Under the pieces are notes generated by a model that was not told the origin of the DNA, ran no database searches, and saw only the letters and a program-made list of their open reading frames with translations. The position numbers were made by a program, and so were the translations under genes. A DNA stretch of 59,325 nt, taken from contig JAMXCX010000003.1 of assembly GCA_024542985.1 (NCBI GenBank), forward strand, positions 1 to 59,325, in the 5' to 3' direction. The DNA is from Candidatus Omnitrophota bacterium. Its GTDB lineage: Bacteria > Omnitrophota > Gorgyraeia > Duberdicusellales > 4484-171. Position 1 is the first letter of the stretch, and each line of letters starts with the position of its first letter. This document shows positions 26,913 to 37,741 of this stretch, piece after piece.

Positions 26913-28895
26913 ATGAAATCCAGGAAGAAAACAAGAGTAAAAATAAAATTAAGACCAAAGCAAAAGATAATCAGCTTCAGGGATTTAGAACGTAAACACC
27001 GCTTTATATTTGAGCTCATCGACAGCATTCCCGACCTCATATATTTTAAAGACAAAAAGGGAAAATTCGTTTTAGTAAATAAAGCCTGCGCAAGCTGGCT
27101 GGGCCGAAAGCCGGAAGATCTTATCGGGAAGACTTATTTTGATATTTTTACCCCAAAACAAGCTCGGCTGATGACAAAGGATGATTCGCAGGTGTTAAAG
27201 CTTGGCAAGCAGATAGTTGATAAAATTGAACGAGACATACGTCCTGAGGGTATTAGTACCTATTTATCTACAACAAAAGTACCTCGCCGTGATGACAAAG
27301 GTCGGATAGTGGGTTTAATGGGCATTAGCCGGGATATCAGCTATCGCATACAATTTGAACATCTAAAAAGGGAAAACGAGCAAATGGAGAGAAAAATAAA
27401 GTCTTTAGCTGAATTGAGCCAGCTTAAGTCTGAATTTGTTGCAGTTATCTCTCATGAGCTGGAAACTCCGCTGGCAATTGCCAAGGAGACGCTTGGTTTG
27501 ATTTCTGACCAAATAGCCGGGCCGATTAATAAAAGGCAGAAGGAATTGCTTCAAGAAATAAAGGGGAGTATGGAGCGTCTTAACCTTATGATATATGATT
27601 TACTTGATATGTCAAGAATCGAAGCTAGAAAACTTACGCTTCACTATTCTTTGGTTAACCTGAATGATTTGTTTGCTAATTTCTCTGGCTTTTTTGAAAA
27701 ATGGGCCCGGGAAAAAGGCATAGATTTTGAATGCAATTTGCCTAAGGAGCAAATGAACATTTTCGTTGACACCGAAAGAATAAATCAGGTTATTTCAAAT
27801 CTGGTGAATAATGCGATAAAGTTTACCAATAAAAACGGTAAAATCAGAATAGAGGTTAAAGTCTTTGCTACTAAGGTCAGGGTGGGGATTATTGATACAG
27901 GTATTGGAATACCCAGGAAGGAATTACCCGGGGTATTTGACAAGTTCCGTCAATTAACAAGAAGGCATAGTCAAAAAGAGAAAGGAATAGGCTTAGGCCT
28001 TTTTATTGTAAAAGAGTTAGTAGATAAACACGGCGGGGAAATCTGGGCTGAATCTAAGGTTGGCGAAGGGAGCAGATTTTATTTTACTCTGCCATTATTT
28101 TATACTACAAAAATTCTCGGTACCGGCATTCGTTTCAAGATAAATAATCTATTGCATCAGGGTAAATCAGTATATCTGATTAATTTACTGATTGTTAATC
28201 TTAAAGAGTTTAAAAAGAGAATCAAAGTCAAGCCTGAAAGTTTATTCAGAGCTTTAAAAACGGCTATTGAGACAGCTTTGGGAGAGTTCCGTAAGACAGG
28301 AAAGGGCTGGCCTCAGATAATTCTAGAAGATTATCGTTTTGGAGAGTGGAGCATTCTTTTTCCTGAAGCTTCCCAGCGCGACACTACTAAATTATGCGTG
28401 TTTATTAAGGATAAGATAAAGGCTTATTTCGCTGATAGAAATATTGAGAATATTTTTATAAATTTAGGGATTTTAGCATATTCTCACAAAAGGCAAAATA
28501 TGCTCACAAGGGAATTTTCTACCAATCTTCATATCCAGAATATATCTATCGGCCCCAACACCAGGCGGTATAAAAGAATCAATTATAAGGCTAATTTTGA
28601 AATCTCTTCTTCTGATGATAAGGTTAAGAGTTTTCAGACTATGGACATCTCTGAGGGGGGAATATGTTTTATATCTCCGGAGACTCTAGAAACAGATGCC
28701 AATGTTGACATTGCTTTAAGGTTACCTAAGGAGAAAACTGCGATTGTTTTTAAAGGGCGAGTCGTTTGGATAAAAAATATTGATGAACCTCTAGGAGGTT
28801 TATCTAAGAAATATAAAATAGGGTTAGAGTTTGTCGACTTGGAAAATAAAAAAAGAAGAAAATTGATTAAGTTTATTAAGGCATTTTCTTCATAA
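26913..28895 (+). CDS. PAS-domain histidine kinase with C-terminal PilZ domain
   Basis: PAS, SHELETP, NAIKF, DTGIG and GLGL motifs; C-terminal RRYKR and DISEGG; ATG 26913 preferred because the TTG at 26877 looks like a -35 box. Confidence 0.88.
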   Translation: MKSRKKTRVKIKLRPKQKIISFRDLERKHRFIFELIDSIPDLIYFKDKKGKFVLVNKACASWLGRKPEDLIGKTYFDIFTPKQARLMTKDDSQVLKLGKQIVDKIERDIRPEGISTYLSTTKVPRRDDKGRIVGLMGISRDISYRIQFEHLKRENEQMERKIKSLAELSQLKSEFVAVISHELETPLAIAKETLGLISDQIAGPINKRQKELLQEIKGSMERLNLMIYDLLDMSRIEARKLTLHYSLVNLNDLFANFSGFFEKWAREKGIDFECNLPKEQMNIFVDTERINQVISNLVNNAIKFTNKNGKIRIEVKVFATKVRVGIIDTGIGIPRKELPGVFDKFRQLTRRHSQKEKGIGLGLFIVKELVDKHGGEIWAESKVGEGSRFYFTLPLFYTTKILGTGIRFKINNLLHQGKSVYLINLLIVNLKEFKKRIKVKPESLFRALKTAIETALGEFRKTGKGWPQIILEDYRFGEWSILFPEASQRDTTKLCVFIKDKIKAYFADRNIENIFINLGILAYSHKRQNMLTREFSTNLHIQNISIGPNTRRYKRINYKANFEISSSDDKVKSFQTMDISEGGICFISPETLETDANVDIALRLPKEKTAIVFKGRVVWIKNIDEPLGGLSKKYKIGLEFVDLENKKRRKLIKFIKAFSS

Positions 28896-29021
28896 TTTGT
28901 TCATTAACACCTTTCTACCTGACATTTTTTTGAAAAAAAATATTTGCAACTGCACGATGTTGGCTTATAATTAAACTAGGGCTATATGTATAGATAGGAT
29001 TTATTCCCCAAAGAGTAAAAA

Positions 29022-29408
29022 ATGGCTAAAACAAGAGTTTTGTTGGTTGATGACGAAAAAGATTTCCTGGATGTCGGCATTGAAAGGATAAATAGCTGGG
29101 GCTACGAGGTAAGAGCAGTTCGTAGCGGGCCCGAGGCTATTGATATTGCAAAAAATAAAGGTGCCGATATTATAGTGCTGGATTACATTATGCCTGACAT
29201 GGATGGTGTTTTTGCATTGAAACAAATAAGGGAAATTGACCCAAAAATTCCGGTAATTATGTTTACCGCATTTCCTGATGAAAGATCCATCGAAGGAACA
29301 GAAAAACTAGGAGTTAGTGTATTTATTCCTAAATTGAGCGCTTACGCCGACCCTTGGTCTGCTTTAAGAACAGCTTTGGATATCGTGGAGAAAAATCTTA
29401 AAGTTTAA
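29022..29408 (+). CDS. Single-domain response regulator
   Basis: LLVDDE, LDYIMPDMDG, MFTA and FIPK motifs. Confidence 0.92.
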   Translation: MAKTRVLLVDDEKDFLDVGIERINSWGYEVRAVRSGPEAIDIAKNKGADIIVLDYIMPDMDGVFALKQIREIDPKIPVIMFTAFPDERSIEGTEKLGVSVFIPKLSAYADPWSALRTALDIVEKNLKV

Positions 29409-29623
29409 GACAATCCTAAATAGAGCTAACCCTAAACGGAATTAGTACTCTTTTTAAAAGTCATTCCAAAACACTGCTTTTATCTATCCTAGCTTAAAGG
29501 ACATTAGTTTATAAAAAAAGCTTGATTTATTTGATTTTTTCATTAAAATAGCAGTTTATTTTTATATTTGCACTAGTTGTTTCAAAGACGAGTAAATTTT
29601 TAACCTAAGGAGAGCGAAATACT

Positions 29624-31726
29624 ATGTCTCGTATGGTTGATCTAGACAAAGTAAGAAATATCGGGATTATGGCCCATATCGATGCCGGTAAAACCACCCT
29701 TACCGAGAGGATCCTTTTCTATACCGGCCGTTCCCATAAAATAGGCGAAGTTCATGATGGAGCAGCCCAGATGGATTGGATGAAACAGGAACAGGAGAGA
29801 GGTATCACTATCACCTCAGCCGCAACTACTTGTTTTTGGAAGGATTGCAGGATTAATATAATCGATACCCCGGGCCACGTTGATTTTACAGTAGAGGTTG
29901 AAAGGTCTTTACGGGTTCTAGACGGGGCAATAGCTGTTTTTTGCGCTGTAGGAGGGGTTGAACCCCAGTCAGAAACAGTCTGGCGTCAATCCGATAAATA
30001 TAAAGTTCCTAAGCTCGCTTTTGTTAATAAGATGGACCGTGTCGGGGCTAATTTTTTTGAAGTTATAAAAAACATAGAAACTGACTTGGGCGCTAACGTT
30101 ATTCCTTTACAAATACCAATCGGCTCAGAGGATATTTTTAGAGGAATTATAGACCTCATGGAAATGAAAGCATATATATATGACGATGAGTCATTGGGTA
30201 AGAATTTCCATATCGAAGACATACCCGATGATTGCAAGAAAGAAGCCGAGAAGTATCATCATATTATGCTTGAGAAGGCTGTAGAGCTAGAAGATTCTCT
30301 CATGGAGAAATATTTGGAGTCAGAAGATGCCATCCCAAAAGAAGAATTAATGCTGGCAATTCGCAAAGGAACTATCGGTAATAAAATAGTTCCTGCTTTG
30401 TGCGGTTCGGCTTTTCGCAATAAAGGCGTACAAAAATTGCTCGATGCCATAACATATTATTTACCTTCGCCTGCTGATCAGCCCCCAGTTGAAGGAATTA
30501 ACCCCGAGAATACTGATGAAATACTTAAAAGAGCTCCTAAAGATAGCGAACCTTTTTCTGCGCTTGCTTTTAAAGTTCAGTCCGACCCCCACATGGGTAA
30601 GTTAGTATATTTTAGAGTTTATTCGGGACAATTAAATGCCGGTTCGTATGTGCTTAATGTTACCAAGGATAAAAAAGAGCGGGTTGGTAGAATTTTGCAG
30701 ATGCATGCAAACCAGAGAGAAAATCGTCCGGTTATTTATGCCGGTGATATTGCGGCTGCGATAGGCCTTGACCGTACTGTAACCGGAGATACGATATCCG
30801 ATTTGGATAATCCTATATTGCTTGAAGCAATTGAGTTTCCGGCTCCGGTTATATCGATCAGTGTTAAACCTCAAAGCAGAGGAGACCAGGAGAAGATATC
30901 TAAGGCCCTAATAAAGCTTTCAGAAGAAGACCCTACCTTTACAGTGCATACGGATATAGAAACAGATGAGACTATTATTTCCGGTATGGGGGAACTTCAT
31001 TTAGAAGTTATTGTGGATAGGATGAAACACGAGTTTGGTGTTATCGCAATTGTAGGGCAGCCCAAAGTAGCTTATAAAGAAACAATATTAAGCCCGGTAA
31101 AAGAGGAGTATAAACACGCAAAGCAGACCGGCGGAAGAGGCCAATACGGGCATGTAGTTATGAAAATTACCCCTACGAATGCCGGTCAAGGATTTGAATT
31201 TAAAAATAGCATTGTAGGAGGAAAAATTCCCAAAGAATACATTCCGGCCGTAGAAAAAGGTGTGATTGGAGCCATGCAAAGAGGGATTTACGCAGGCTAT
31301 CCTGTAGTTGATGTTAAAGTCGAGCTTGTTGACGGTTCCTATCATGATGTAGATTCTTCAGAGATGGCATTTAAATTGGCCGGTAGTGGGTGCTTTAAGA
31401 AGGCTTTTATGAAAGGAGCTCCGATATTACTTGAGCCGCATATGTCCTTAGAAATTACGACGCCTGAAGAATATGTAGGCAATGTAGTAGGTAATATTTG
31501 TTCCCGTCGCGGCAAGGTCTTAGGAATTGAAGCTAAGGCTAGCCACCAAATTATTTCTGCCGAGGCTCCTCTTTCAGAGATGTTTGGCTATGCTACATCG
31601 TTACGGTCCTTAAGCAGCGGCCGGGCCACATATACTATGCATTTTGAAAAATACGTTGAAGTTCCTTCGGCTATTTCTGAAAAAATTATTGAAGAAAAAC
31701 AGCAAAAAATGAAGCCCCGCGGCTAA
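29624..31726 (+). CDS. fusA: Elongation factor G (stand-alone copy)
   Basis: [49 protein letters not shown] and YHDVDSS motifs. Confidence 0.97.
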   Translation: MSRMVDLDKVRNIGIMAHIDAGKTTLTERILFYTGRSHKIGEVHDGAAQMDWMKQEQERGITITSAATTCFWKDCRINIIDTPGHVDFTVEVERSLRVLDGAIAVFCAVGGVEPQSETVWRQSDKYKVPKLAFVNKMDRVGANFFEVIKNIETDLGANVIPLQIPIGSEDIFRGIIDLMEMKAYIYDDESLGKNFHIEDIPDDCKKEAEKYHHIMLEKAVELEDSLMEKYLESEDAIPKEELMLAIRKGTIGNKIVPALCGSAFRNKGVQKLLDAITYYLPSPADQPPVEGINPENTDEILKRAPKDSEPFSALAFKVQSDPHMGKLVYFRVYSGQLNAGSYVLNVTKDKKERVGRILQMHANQRENRPVIYAGDIAAAIGLDRTVTGDTISDLDNPILLEAIEFPAPVISISVKPQSRGDQEKISKALIKLSEEDPTFTVHTDIETDETIISGMGELHLEVIVDRMKHEFGVIAIVGQPKVAYKETILSPVKEEYKHAKQTGGRGQYGHVVMKITPTNAGQGFEFKNSIVGGKIPKEYIPAVEKGVIGAMQRGIYAGYPVVDVKVELVDGSYHDVDSSEMAFKLAGSGCFKKAFMKGAPILLEPHMSLEITTPEEYVGNVVGNICSRRGKVLGIEAKASHQIISAEAPLSEMFGYATSLRSLSSGRATYTMHFEKYVEVPSAISEKIIEEKQQKMKPRG

Positions 31727-31756
31727 AGCCCGCGATTTTATCACCTCGGGATGAAA
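31706..31756. repeat. Shortened copy of the 21501-21626 element overlapping the fusA 3' end
   Basis: AAAATGAAGCCCC...GGCTAAAGCC...TCGGGATGAAA compared with AAAATGGAGCCCC...GGCTGAAGTC...TCGGGATAAA. Confidence 0.6.
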
Positions 31757-31986
31757 ATAATTAGTCTAGCTGCGATGCTGATAAATAGTTTTTTGTAATT
31801 TTTCTTCTCAAGCAATTCTTTTATTTCCCCTGATTTTTCAGGCAAAAGGTCACCTTTGCCCTTATCTCTAGCAAGCATTTCAAATAACCTTGCAATCCGT
31901 TTTAAAAATCATACAATATTATAGTTACTATTTGGAAGTTTTTTTTAGTTATTTTATTACCAAAATAATTATCTAGGGAGTGAGGC

Positions 31987-33684
31987 ATGTTCGAGCAAAT
32001 CAGTTATATTTTAACTAAAATATCTTCTGTCCATTTGAATATATTGTTTCTTTTAGGGTTGGCTTTATTCGGCGGAGTTTTGGGAGGAAGACTGTTCCAG
32101 AAACTACGCATTCCTCAAGTTGTCGGTTATATAGTCATAGGAATAATAATTGGCGAATCTTTCCTGAAAATTATCGGGCACGATACAGTTGTGGCTTTGC
32201 AGCCTTTTAACTACTTTGCTTTAGGGTTAATCGGCTTTATGATAGGCGGGGAGTTAAAAAAGGAAGTCTTTGCTAAATATGGCAGACAGTTTTTTAAAAT
32301 CTTATTTTTTGAGGGTATTACCGCATTCTTAGCAGTTTCTATTTTTATAGGAATGCTAGGTACATTGCTTTTTGGAGATTGGAAATTTGCCTGGGCTTTA
32401 GGTTTATTATTAGGCGCTATTGCTTCAGCCACAGCTCCTGCTGCAACTACTGTTGTCTTACGCGAATACAAAACCCGAGGGCCCCTAACTAGAACAATAT
32501 TAGGTATTGTTGCTTTAGATGACGCCTTGGCACTTTTGCTCTTTGCCGTTGCTTCTAGTATTGCCGGCAGTTTAACCGGCCGCCTTCAGCAAGGAGTTTT
32601 AAAAGCCTTCATTGCCCCTATATACGAGATAGGGATGTCTATAGGCATAGGTCTGGTAGCAGGAATAGTTCTTAATAAGATTTTTAAAAAATATTCTGAG
32701 AAGGAAAGGCTTTTGGCCTTTTCCGTGGGGGCAGTGCTTTTTGTTACCGGTTTATCTTTGCTAATACATGTTGATATGCTTCTGGCAGCAATGACCTTAG
32801 GAGTTGTTGTTGCTAATTTTGCTCCTCGTAAAAGCCAGGATGCTTTTAAGTTGGTAGAGGGATTTACGCCTCCTATCCATGTTATTTTTTTCGTGCTCGT
32901 GGGGGCGAAATTGAATATACATCATATGACATTACCGATAATTCTGCTGGCAACAGTTTATCTTATTGCAAGGAGTGCAGGAAAGGCAATCGGTGCAAAC
33001 GTGGGAGCACGTATATCAGGTGCAGCAAAGTCTGTACAAAAATATCTGCCTTTGTGCCTTTTTAGTCAAGCCGGAGTTGCTATTGGTTTATCTATTTTGG
33101 CTAGTCATTATTTTCCCGGCCGGATAGGTAACATGATAGTTATCATCGTGACTGCTACGGCCTTGATTTTAGAAATTATTGGCCCTGCTCTTGTTAAAAT
33201 AGCGGTGACTAAAGCCGGTGAGGTAGGTTTGAATGTAACCGAAGAAGATTTAATTGACAGTACGAAAGCTACAGACCTCATGGATAAAAAACCACCTTTA
33301 ATATCTAAGAATATGTCCTTGTCGGAAATTTTGGATATTTTTAGCAAGAGCCCTAACCTGTATTATCCGGTAGTAGATACGGATAAGAAGTTATTAGGCG
33401 TTATAACTGTAGACAGCATCAAGAACATTTTTATGGAAACAGGGCTTAGCTCTTTGCTCTTAGCCATAGATGTTATGGAGGAGCCGGTGGCTTCGGTTAA
33501 TCCGGAGTCATCGTTGTTGTCAGTGAAAGAACTCTTAGATAAATATAATCTTGAATATTTGCCGGTAGTAACAAGCGATAATGTAATGAAGGGTTTCATC
33601 GAAAGACGGATACTTGCTAAGTTAATTTCGACTAAAATTTTGGAATTACAAAGACAAGCTGATTCTTTGGAAGGGGTTTCCTAG
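31987..33684 (+). CDS. Cation:proton antiporter (CPA) with C-terminal CBS pair
   Basis: Multi-TM; ATAPA, VALDD and QAGVAIG motifs; tandem CBS domains (YYPVVD, YLPVV). Confidence 0.9.
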   Translation: MFEQISYILTKISSVHLNILFLLGLALFGGVLGGRLFQKLRIPQVVGYIVIGIIIGESFLKIIGHDTVVALQPFNYFALGLIGFMIGGELKKEVFAKYGRQFFKILFFEGITAFLAVSIFIGMLGTLLFGDWKFAWALGLLLGAIASATAPAATTVVLREYKTRGPLTRTILGIVALDDALALLLFAVASSIAGSLTGRLQQGVLKAFIAPIYEIGMSIGIGLVAGIVLNKIFKKYSEKERLLAFSVGAVLFVTGLSLLIHVDMLLAAMTLGVVVANFAPRKSQDAFKLVEGFTPPIHVIFFVLVGAKLNIHHMTLPIILLATVYLIARSAGKAIGANVGARISGAAKSVQKYLPLCLFSQAGVAIGLSILASHYFPGRIGNMIVIIVTATALILEIIGPALVKIAVTKAGEVGLNVTEEDLIDSTKATDLMDKKPPLISKNMSLSEILDIFSKSPNLYYPVVDTDKKLLGVITVDSIKNIFMETGLSSLLLAIDVMEEPVASVNPESSLLSVKELLDKYNLEYLPVVTSDNVMKGFIERRILAKLISTKILELQRQADSLEGVS

Positions 33685-33689
33685 ATTCT

Positions 33690-33797
33690 ATGAAGCACTC
33701 GTTTAAGGTAGGTTTTAGTTTTGGCGTGACTTCCGGAATAATTACGACCTTAGGGCTAATGATAGGTTTATATTCGGGCACTTATTCCAGGGGCTAA
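33690..33797 (+). pseudogene. N-terminal fragment of a VIT1/CCC1-like transporter
   Basis: Manual translation MKHSFKVGFSFGVTSGIITTLGLMIGLYSGTYSRG*; resembles the first TM helix of VIT/CCC1-like proteins and stops after 35 aa. Confidence 0.6.
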
Positions 33798-33821
33798 TAA
33801 TATATTTATAAGTTAGATAGT

Positions 33822-34247
33822 ATGCAAAAGCTAAAAATTTTATTTGTTTGCGTGCATAACTCTGCTAGGAGTCAGATGGCCGAAGCTTTGTTAAGGAATA
33901 TAGCTTCTGATAAGTTTGAGGTAGAAAGTGCCGGGTTAGAGCCGAGGACCTTAAATCCTTTGGCGGTTGCGGCAATGAAGCAAATAGGTATCGACATTTC
34001 GCAAAACAAAACTCAAAGTGTTTCTGATTTAATTAAGCAGGGCAAAACGTATGATTATGTAGTAACAGTGTGCGATGAATCTAGTTCCCAGAGGTGCCCG
34101 TTTTTTCCTGGGGAATCAAAAAAATTGCACTGGGGGTTTGTTGATCCGGCTTCTTTCTCAGGGTCGGGAGAGCAAAAACTAGAAGAGACGGTAAAGGTAA
34201 GAGAACAGATAAAACAAAAAATTCAAGCCTGGCTTAAAACATTGTAG
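33822..34247 (+). CDS. arsC: Arsenate reductase / LMW phosphatase family protein
   Basis: CVHNSARSQMAE, TVCD....CP and HWGFVDP motifs (thioredoxin-coupled ArsC pattern). Confidence 0.9.
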   Translation: MQKLKILFVCVHNSARSQMAEALLRNIASDKFEVESAGLEPRTLNPLAVAAMKQIGIDISQNKTQSVSDLIKQGKTYDYVVTVCDESSSQRCPFFPGESKKLHWGFVDPASFSGSGEQKLEETVKVREQIKQKIQAWLKTL

Positions 34248-34263
34248 CTCCTGGCGCAGGAAT

Positions 34264-34875
34264 TCATTTTTCCGGGACTGCAGTAATGTTCCATTGAATT
34301 AGGATATTGTTTCTGACCAGAAGCCCTCCTTTATCAAATAATTTGCTCCAGACAACTTTGAATTTTTTCCTATTCACAAAACAGCTTCCTTTTGATATTA
34401 GGTGAGAGATTCTTGATTTTTTTTCTGCGAATTCTTTAATTGTAAATGCGAAAGATACCTCTTGTTTTATTCCGTGTAAGTCTAAAATTCCCTTTATATA
34501 ATATTTACCTTTTTTTTGCGTTACAGATTTACCGGCAAAAGTTATTTCGGGGTGTAATTTTGAGTTCAACATCCTTTTGGACCGGATGAGGCGGTTGATA
34601 AAAGGTTTTTTCGTCTCGATACTGGCAGTTTTAATTTTTATAAATACCGAGCTTTTGGTAATATCTTTGGGATTGTAATGAATTACACCGGAGAAGTCTT
34701 TGAATTCACCTTTTAATTTAGTAGCTACAAGGTAGCCTACCGAGCAGGTAATTGCAGAGTTATCAGGTTCAATAGTGTATTTATCTTGGCCATTTGACGG
34801 CAGGATGAACGCAACATTTATAAGTAGCAGGAGGGCAAAAATTGATTTTTCTTTAATCTTCGGGTTTTTTATCAT
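34264..34875 (-). CDS. YceI family lipid/polyisoprenoid-binding protein
   Basis: Signal peptide; GEFKDFSG, SIET, PEITF and GILDLHG motifs. Confidence 0.85.
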   Translation of the reverse strand: MIKNPKIKEKSIFALLLLINVAFILPSNGQDKYTIEPDNSAITCSVGYLVATKLKGEFKDFSGVIHYNPKDITKSSVFIKIKTASIETKKPFINRLIRSKRMLNSKLHPEITFAGKSVTQKKGKYYIKGILDLHGIKQEVSFAFTIKEFAEKKSRISHLISKGSCFVNRKKFKVVWSKLFDKGGLLVRNNILIQWNITAVPEK

Positions 34876-35040
34876 ATAAGCTTAACCGGCGGTTTATATT
34901 TGTGCTGCTTATTCATTCTAAATCATTTTTTAAAAAACATCAATTAATTTTATGATTGAGAAAAATAGTTTTTTTGGTTCTTATATTTTTTTGATATTTT
35001 GTTATAATAAATAGTATAAGGTAAACATTGATTATAGCCT

Positions 35041-35631
35041 ATGTTACGAATATTTTCTTTTAGCATTATCTGTGTCTCGGTTTTCGTGATTACTGCTTTT
35101 TTTATGCCCTGGGTAAGCGGCAGGGGTAGTATTTTAGAACCTTTAGATGATTCCACAAAGTTCATCCAGAAAATCGAAATTACCGGTACGTTTAAAGGAG
35201 CTGTTGAGATAGCAAAAAAAACCGCAGATGCTCTCACTTACGTTTTTACACATAAAAGACTTAATAAGACTATCAAGGGATTTCAGATACCTCTGCTTAT
35301 GGCTAAAAGCATGGGGATTCGGGTGTATATGTTGTATGGGGTTCCGATTGCGGCAACATTATTTTGTTTTTTAACCCTTGCCGGTAATCGCTGGAGACGC
35401 TTTGACATAATTGTGGTTTTGCTGGCACTAGGCATATTCTTTATGCTTTATAGGCAAGAGCGTCTTTTTAATCAGGAAAAGCTATTTATAAATATTCAAG
35501 CTCGATGGGGTTTTATAACTACTGTGTATTCATTTTTAGCTATAAGCTGTCTTTCTTTGCTAAAATTAACAATTAGCCGAAAAGCCTACCGGTTCAAGAA
35601 AAGAAGGCAACCAAAAATGCATAAGAAGTAA
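35041..35631 (+). CDS. Hypothetical membrane protein
   Basis: About four hydrophobic segments and an FMPW motif. Confidence 0.65.
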   Translation: MLRIFSFSIICVSVFVITAFFMPWVSGRGSILEPLDDSTKFIQKIEITGTFKGAVEIAKKTADALTYVFTHKRLNKTIKGFQIPLLMAKSMGIRVYMLYGVPIAATLFCFLTLAGNRWRRFDIIVVLLALGIFFMLYRQERLFNQEKLFINIQARWGFITTVYSFLAISCLSLLKLTISRKAYRFKKRRQPKMHKK

Positions 35632-35717
35632 GAATAATCAATATTCCGCTATTTCGATAGGAATGATATTTAGCTTTTCAGGCGCCCGTCTTGCCTTTCC
35701 AATCTTTTTAGTAATTC

Positions 35718-36122
35718 TTAGTATATTATACGCAATAACCAGAAAATAATCATTAGTATTAGGATTGTAAGGTGCAGAGTTCGATGTTTTTTACCTAAAA
35801 GGATTTTTCCCGGCAAAAGACACAGAACCATGGCTAAGAGTAAAGGCAGAGAAAAAAGATTAAGCGCAAGTGCTTTAAGAATTTTTAACTGTCCTAAATG
35901 CAGCATGGCTCTGGTCATGCCGCATCCGGGACAGGGGATGCCTGTAATGGCCCGAAAAGGACAAATTGAAAAGTGCGGCAGGTAATTAGTAAAATCTATG
36001 CCAAATAAATAAAGATAGACGCCGCAAGATATAATTATGGCTAGGGTAAGAATTACAAAAGCTCGCAAGATGAAATCCGGGCTCTGATAATAGGCTCTTG
36101 CGGACTTTTGCCTAAAGGGCAT
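35718..36122 (-). CDS. DUF2752 family membrane protein
   Basis: CPFRAITGIPCPGCGMTRA signature. Confidence 0.9.
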   Translation of the reverse strand: MPFRQKSARAYYQSPDFILRAFVILTLAIIISCGVYLYLFGIDFTNYLPHFSICPFRAITGIPCPGCGMTRAMLHLGQLKILKALALNLFSLPLLLAMVLCLLPGKILLGKKHRTLHLTILILMIIFWLLRIIY

Positions 36123-36132
36123 TTTATAGTTC

Positions 36133-36528
36133 CTATTGGCTGATGAGTTTATTGATTTCATTCTGGTGAATACAATCGACAACAATAGATAATCCCAGAA
36201 TTGTGACTATTACGCTGATTATTGGCAGGTTATCAAATACAGCTTTGTTTCTATCTCTTTGAATTTCAACAAGAGCTGAGCCCATTTTATATTGGTAAAA
36301 AATATGGTAGATGCCGCAGGTGATGATGCTAAGGAAAAACCAAAGCCAAAAACTGAATTCTTCTCGTTTTAAGAATTCATTGCAAGCTTGCATTTGACGG
36401 CAGTTCCAGTATATATTAAATAAGCCGCAGGTTAGGATTGTTACAATGAGATATAGGGCGATGTTAAGATTGTGCCGGCTTTCCGGGAAATTAGCAGATT
36501 CTTGAGGAACTTTTTCTAATTCGTCCAT
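36133..36528 (-). CDS. DUF4234 family membrane protein
   Basis: Repeated TCGLF..YW / TCGIY motifs and C-terminal QNEINKL; GGAGG RBS. Confidence 0.85.
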   Translation of the reverse strand: MDELEKVPQESANFPESRHNLNIALYLIVTILTCGLFNIYWNCRQMQACNEFLKREEFSFWLWFFLSIITCGIYHIFYQYKMGSALVEIQRDRNKAVFDNLPIISVIVTILGLSIVVDCIHQNEINKLISQ

Positions 36529-36751
36529 ATTAACCTCCTTATCTAACAGTTAATAATTTATTCTAATTTTACCATTTTTTTATTTTAATTGCAAAAATAT
36601 GTATAATTAATTGTATTGATTATTAAGATTCAGCTTATTGCCTGACTTTGCAAGATAGTCTTTTAATATTTAAATGGCGTCTTGCAAAATGCTGATATTG
36701 ATGATAAATTAAATTTGAAACTAAAACAAATTTAGGATTGCATACTTTGAG

Positions 36752-37687
36752 ATGGGCAAGCCGAAAATTACCAAACCTCAACGTCTTAAAAAGGGGGATA
36801 CTATAGGTATTGTAGCCCCGGCTAGTTCATTTGATATTGATAACTTTAAAAATGGAATTAAAATGCTGCGGAAAATCGGCTACAAAGTAAAGTATGAACG
36901 GGCTATATTTAATGAGTGCTGGTCTAGGCCCGGTCACGATAGACAACGGGGAACGCAGATTAACCGTATGTTTGCCGATAAAGAGGTCAGAGCTATATTT
37001 TGCGCTAAAGCCGGCTATGGTTCAATTGAGACTCTACCGTATTTAGATAAAGAAGTCATACGCAATAATCCTAAAATTTTTGTCGGCTACAGCGATATAA
37101 CTATTTTACTTTTAGATTTACAAAGAATCGCAAACATGGTTATTTTTCACGGGCCGGTTGTTTCTGATGAAATATATGACGGCATGAACCAGCAGACCTT
37201 AGAATACCTGTTGGGCCTGATTTGTGAGCCTTCAGCTTTTAAGACGCTTACATTCAGGCAGCTTATTTCATTTGAGCCCGGAAAAGCAACAGGCATATTA
37301 GTAGGTGGGAACATGTCTTTAATAGTCGGTGCAATCAACACACCTTACGATATAAACACAGATAATAAAATTTTATTTCTAGAAGATATAGGCGAGAATT
37401 TAGATGTAATCAAAAGCTACCTTATTAGCTTAAAAGATGCCGGAAAGTTTAAGAAGGTAAGAGGAATAATTTTTGGAAAAATGGTAGATTGCTTTGATGA
37501 GCAGCGTAATATCCGTGCTATTGTTAATGAGGTGTCTGCTAAATCTCGCGTGCCGGTGCTTTTTGGATTTCCTTCAGGCCATACCGGTAAAAGAGGGGCC
37601 TTGCATGTTACCTTGCCCCTGGGAATACCGGTAACTATTGATGCTGATAATCTGACTATAAAAATTAACGAGCCGGCGGTTCAGTGA
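36752..37687 (+). CDS. S66 family LD-carboxypeptidase
   Basis: LKKGDTIGIVAPAS, GYSDIT (Ser), FLEDIGE (Glu) and SGH (His). Confidence 0.92.
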   Translation: MGKPKITKPQRLKKGDTIGIVAPASSFDIDNFKNGIKMLRKIGYKVKYERAIFNECWSRPGHDRQRGTQINRMFADKEVRAIFCAKAGYGSIETLPYLDKEVIRNNPKIFVGYSDITILLLDLQRIANMVIFHGPVVSDEIYDGMNQQTLEYLLGLICEPSAFKTLTFRQLISFEPGKATGILVGGNMSLIVGAINTPYDINTDNKILFLEDIGENLDVIKSYLISLKDAGKFKKVRGIIFGKMVDCFDEQRNIRAIVNEVSAKSRVPVLFGFPSGHTGKRGALHVTLPLGIPVTIDADNLTIKINEPAVQ

Positions 37688-37741
37688 ATATATGAAGTTA
37701 GGCAGATTTTCAAAAAGGTATTAAAATAAGAGGTGATTTTT

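Noticed and set aside
31741-31878. 45-aa minus-strand ORF MLARDKGKGDLLPEKSGEIKELLEKK...
   Set aside because: It looks protein-like but has no RBS or recognisable family, and it ends inside a repeat remnant.
36647-36688. TTTGCAAGA...TCTTGCAAA inverted repeat
   Set aside because: A single short IR in AT-rich DNA; it cannot be distinguished from chance or a simple operator.
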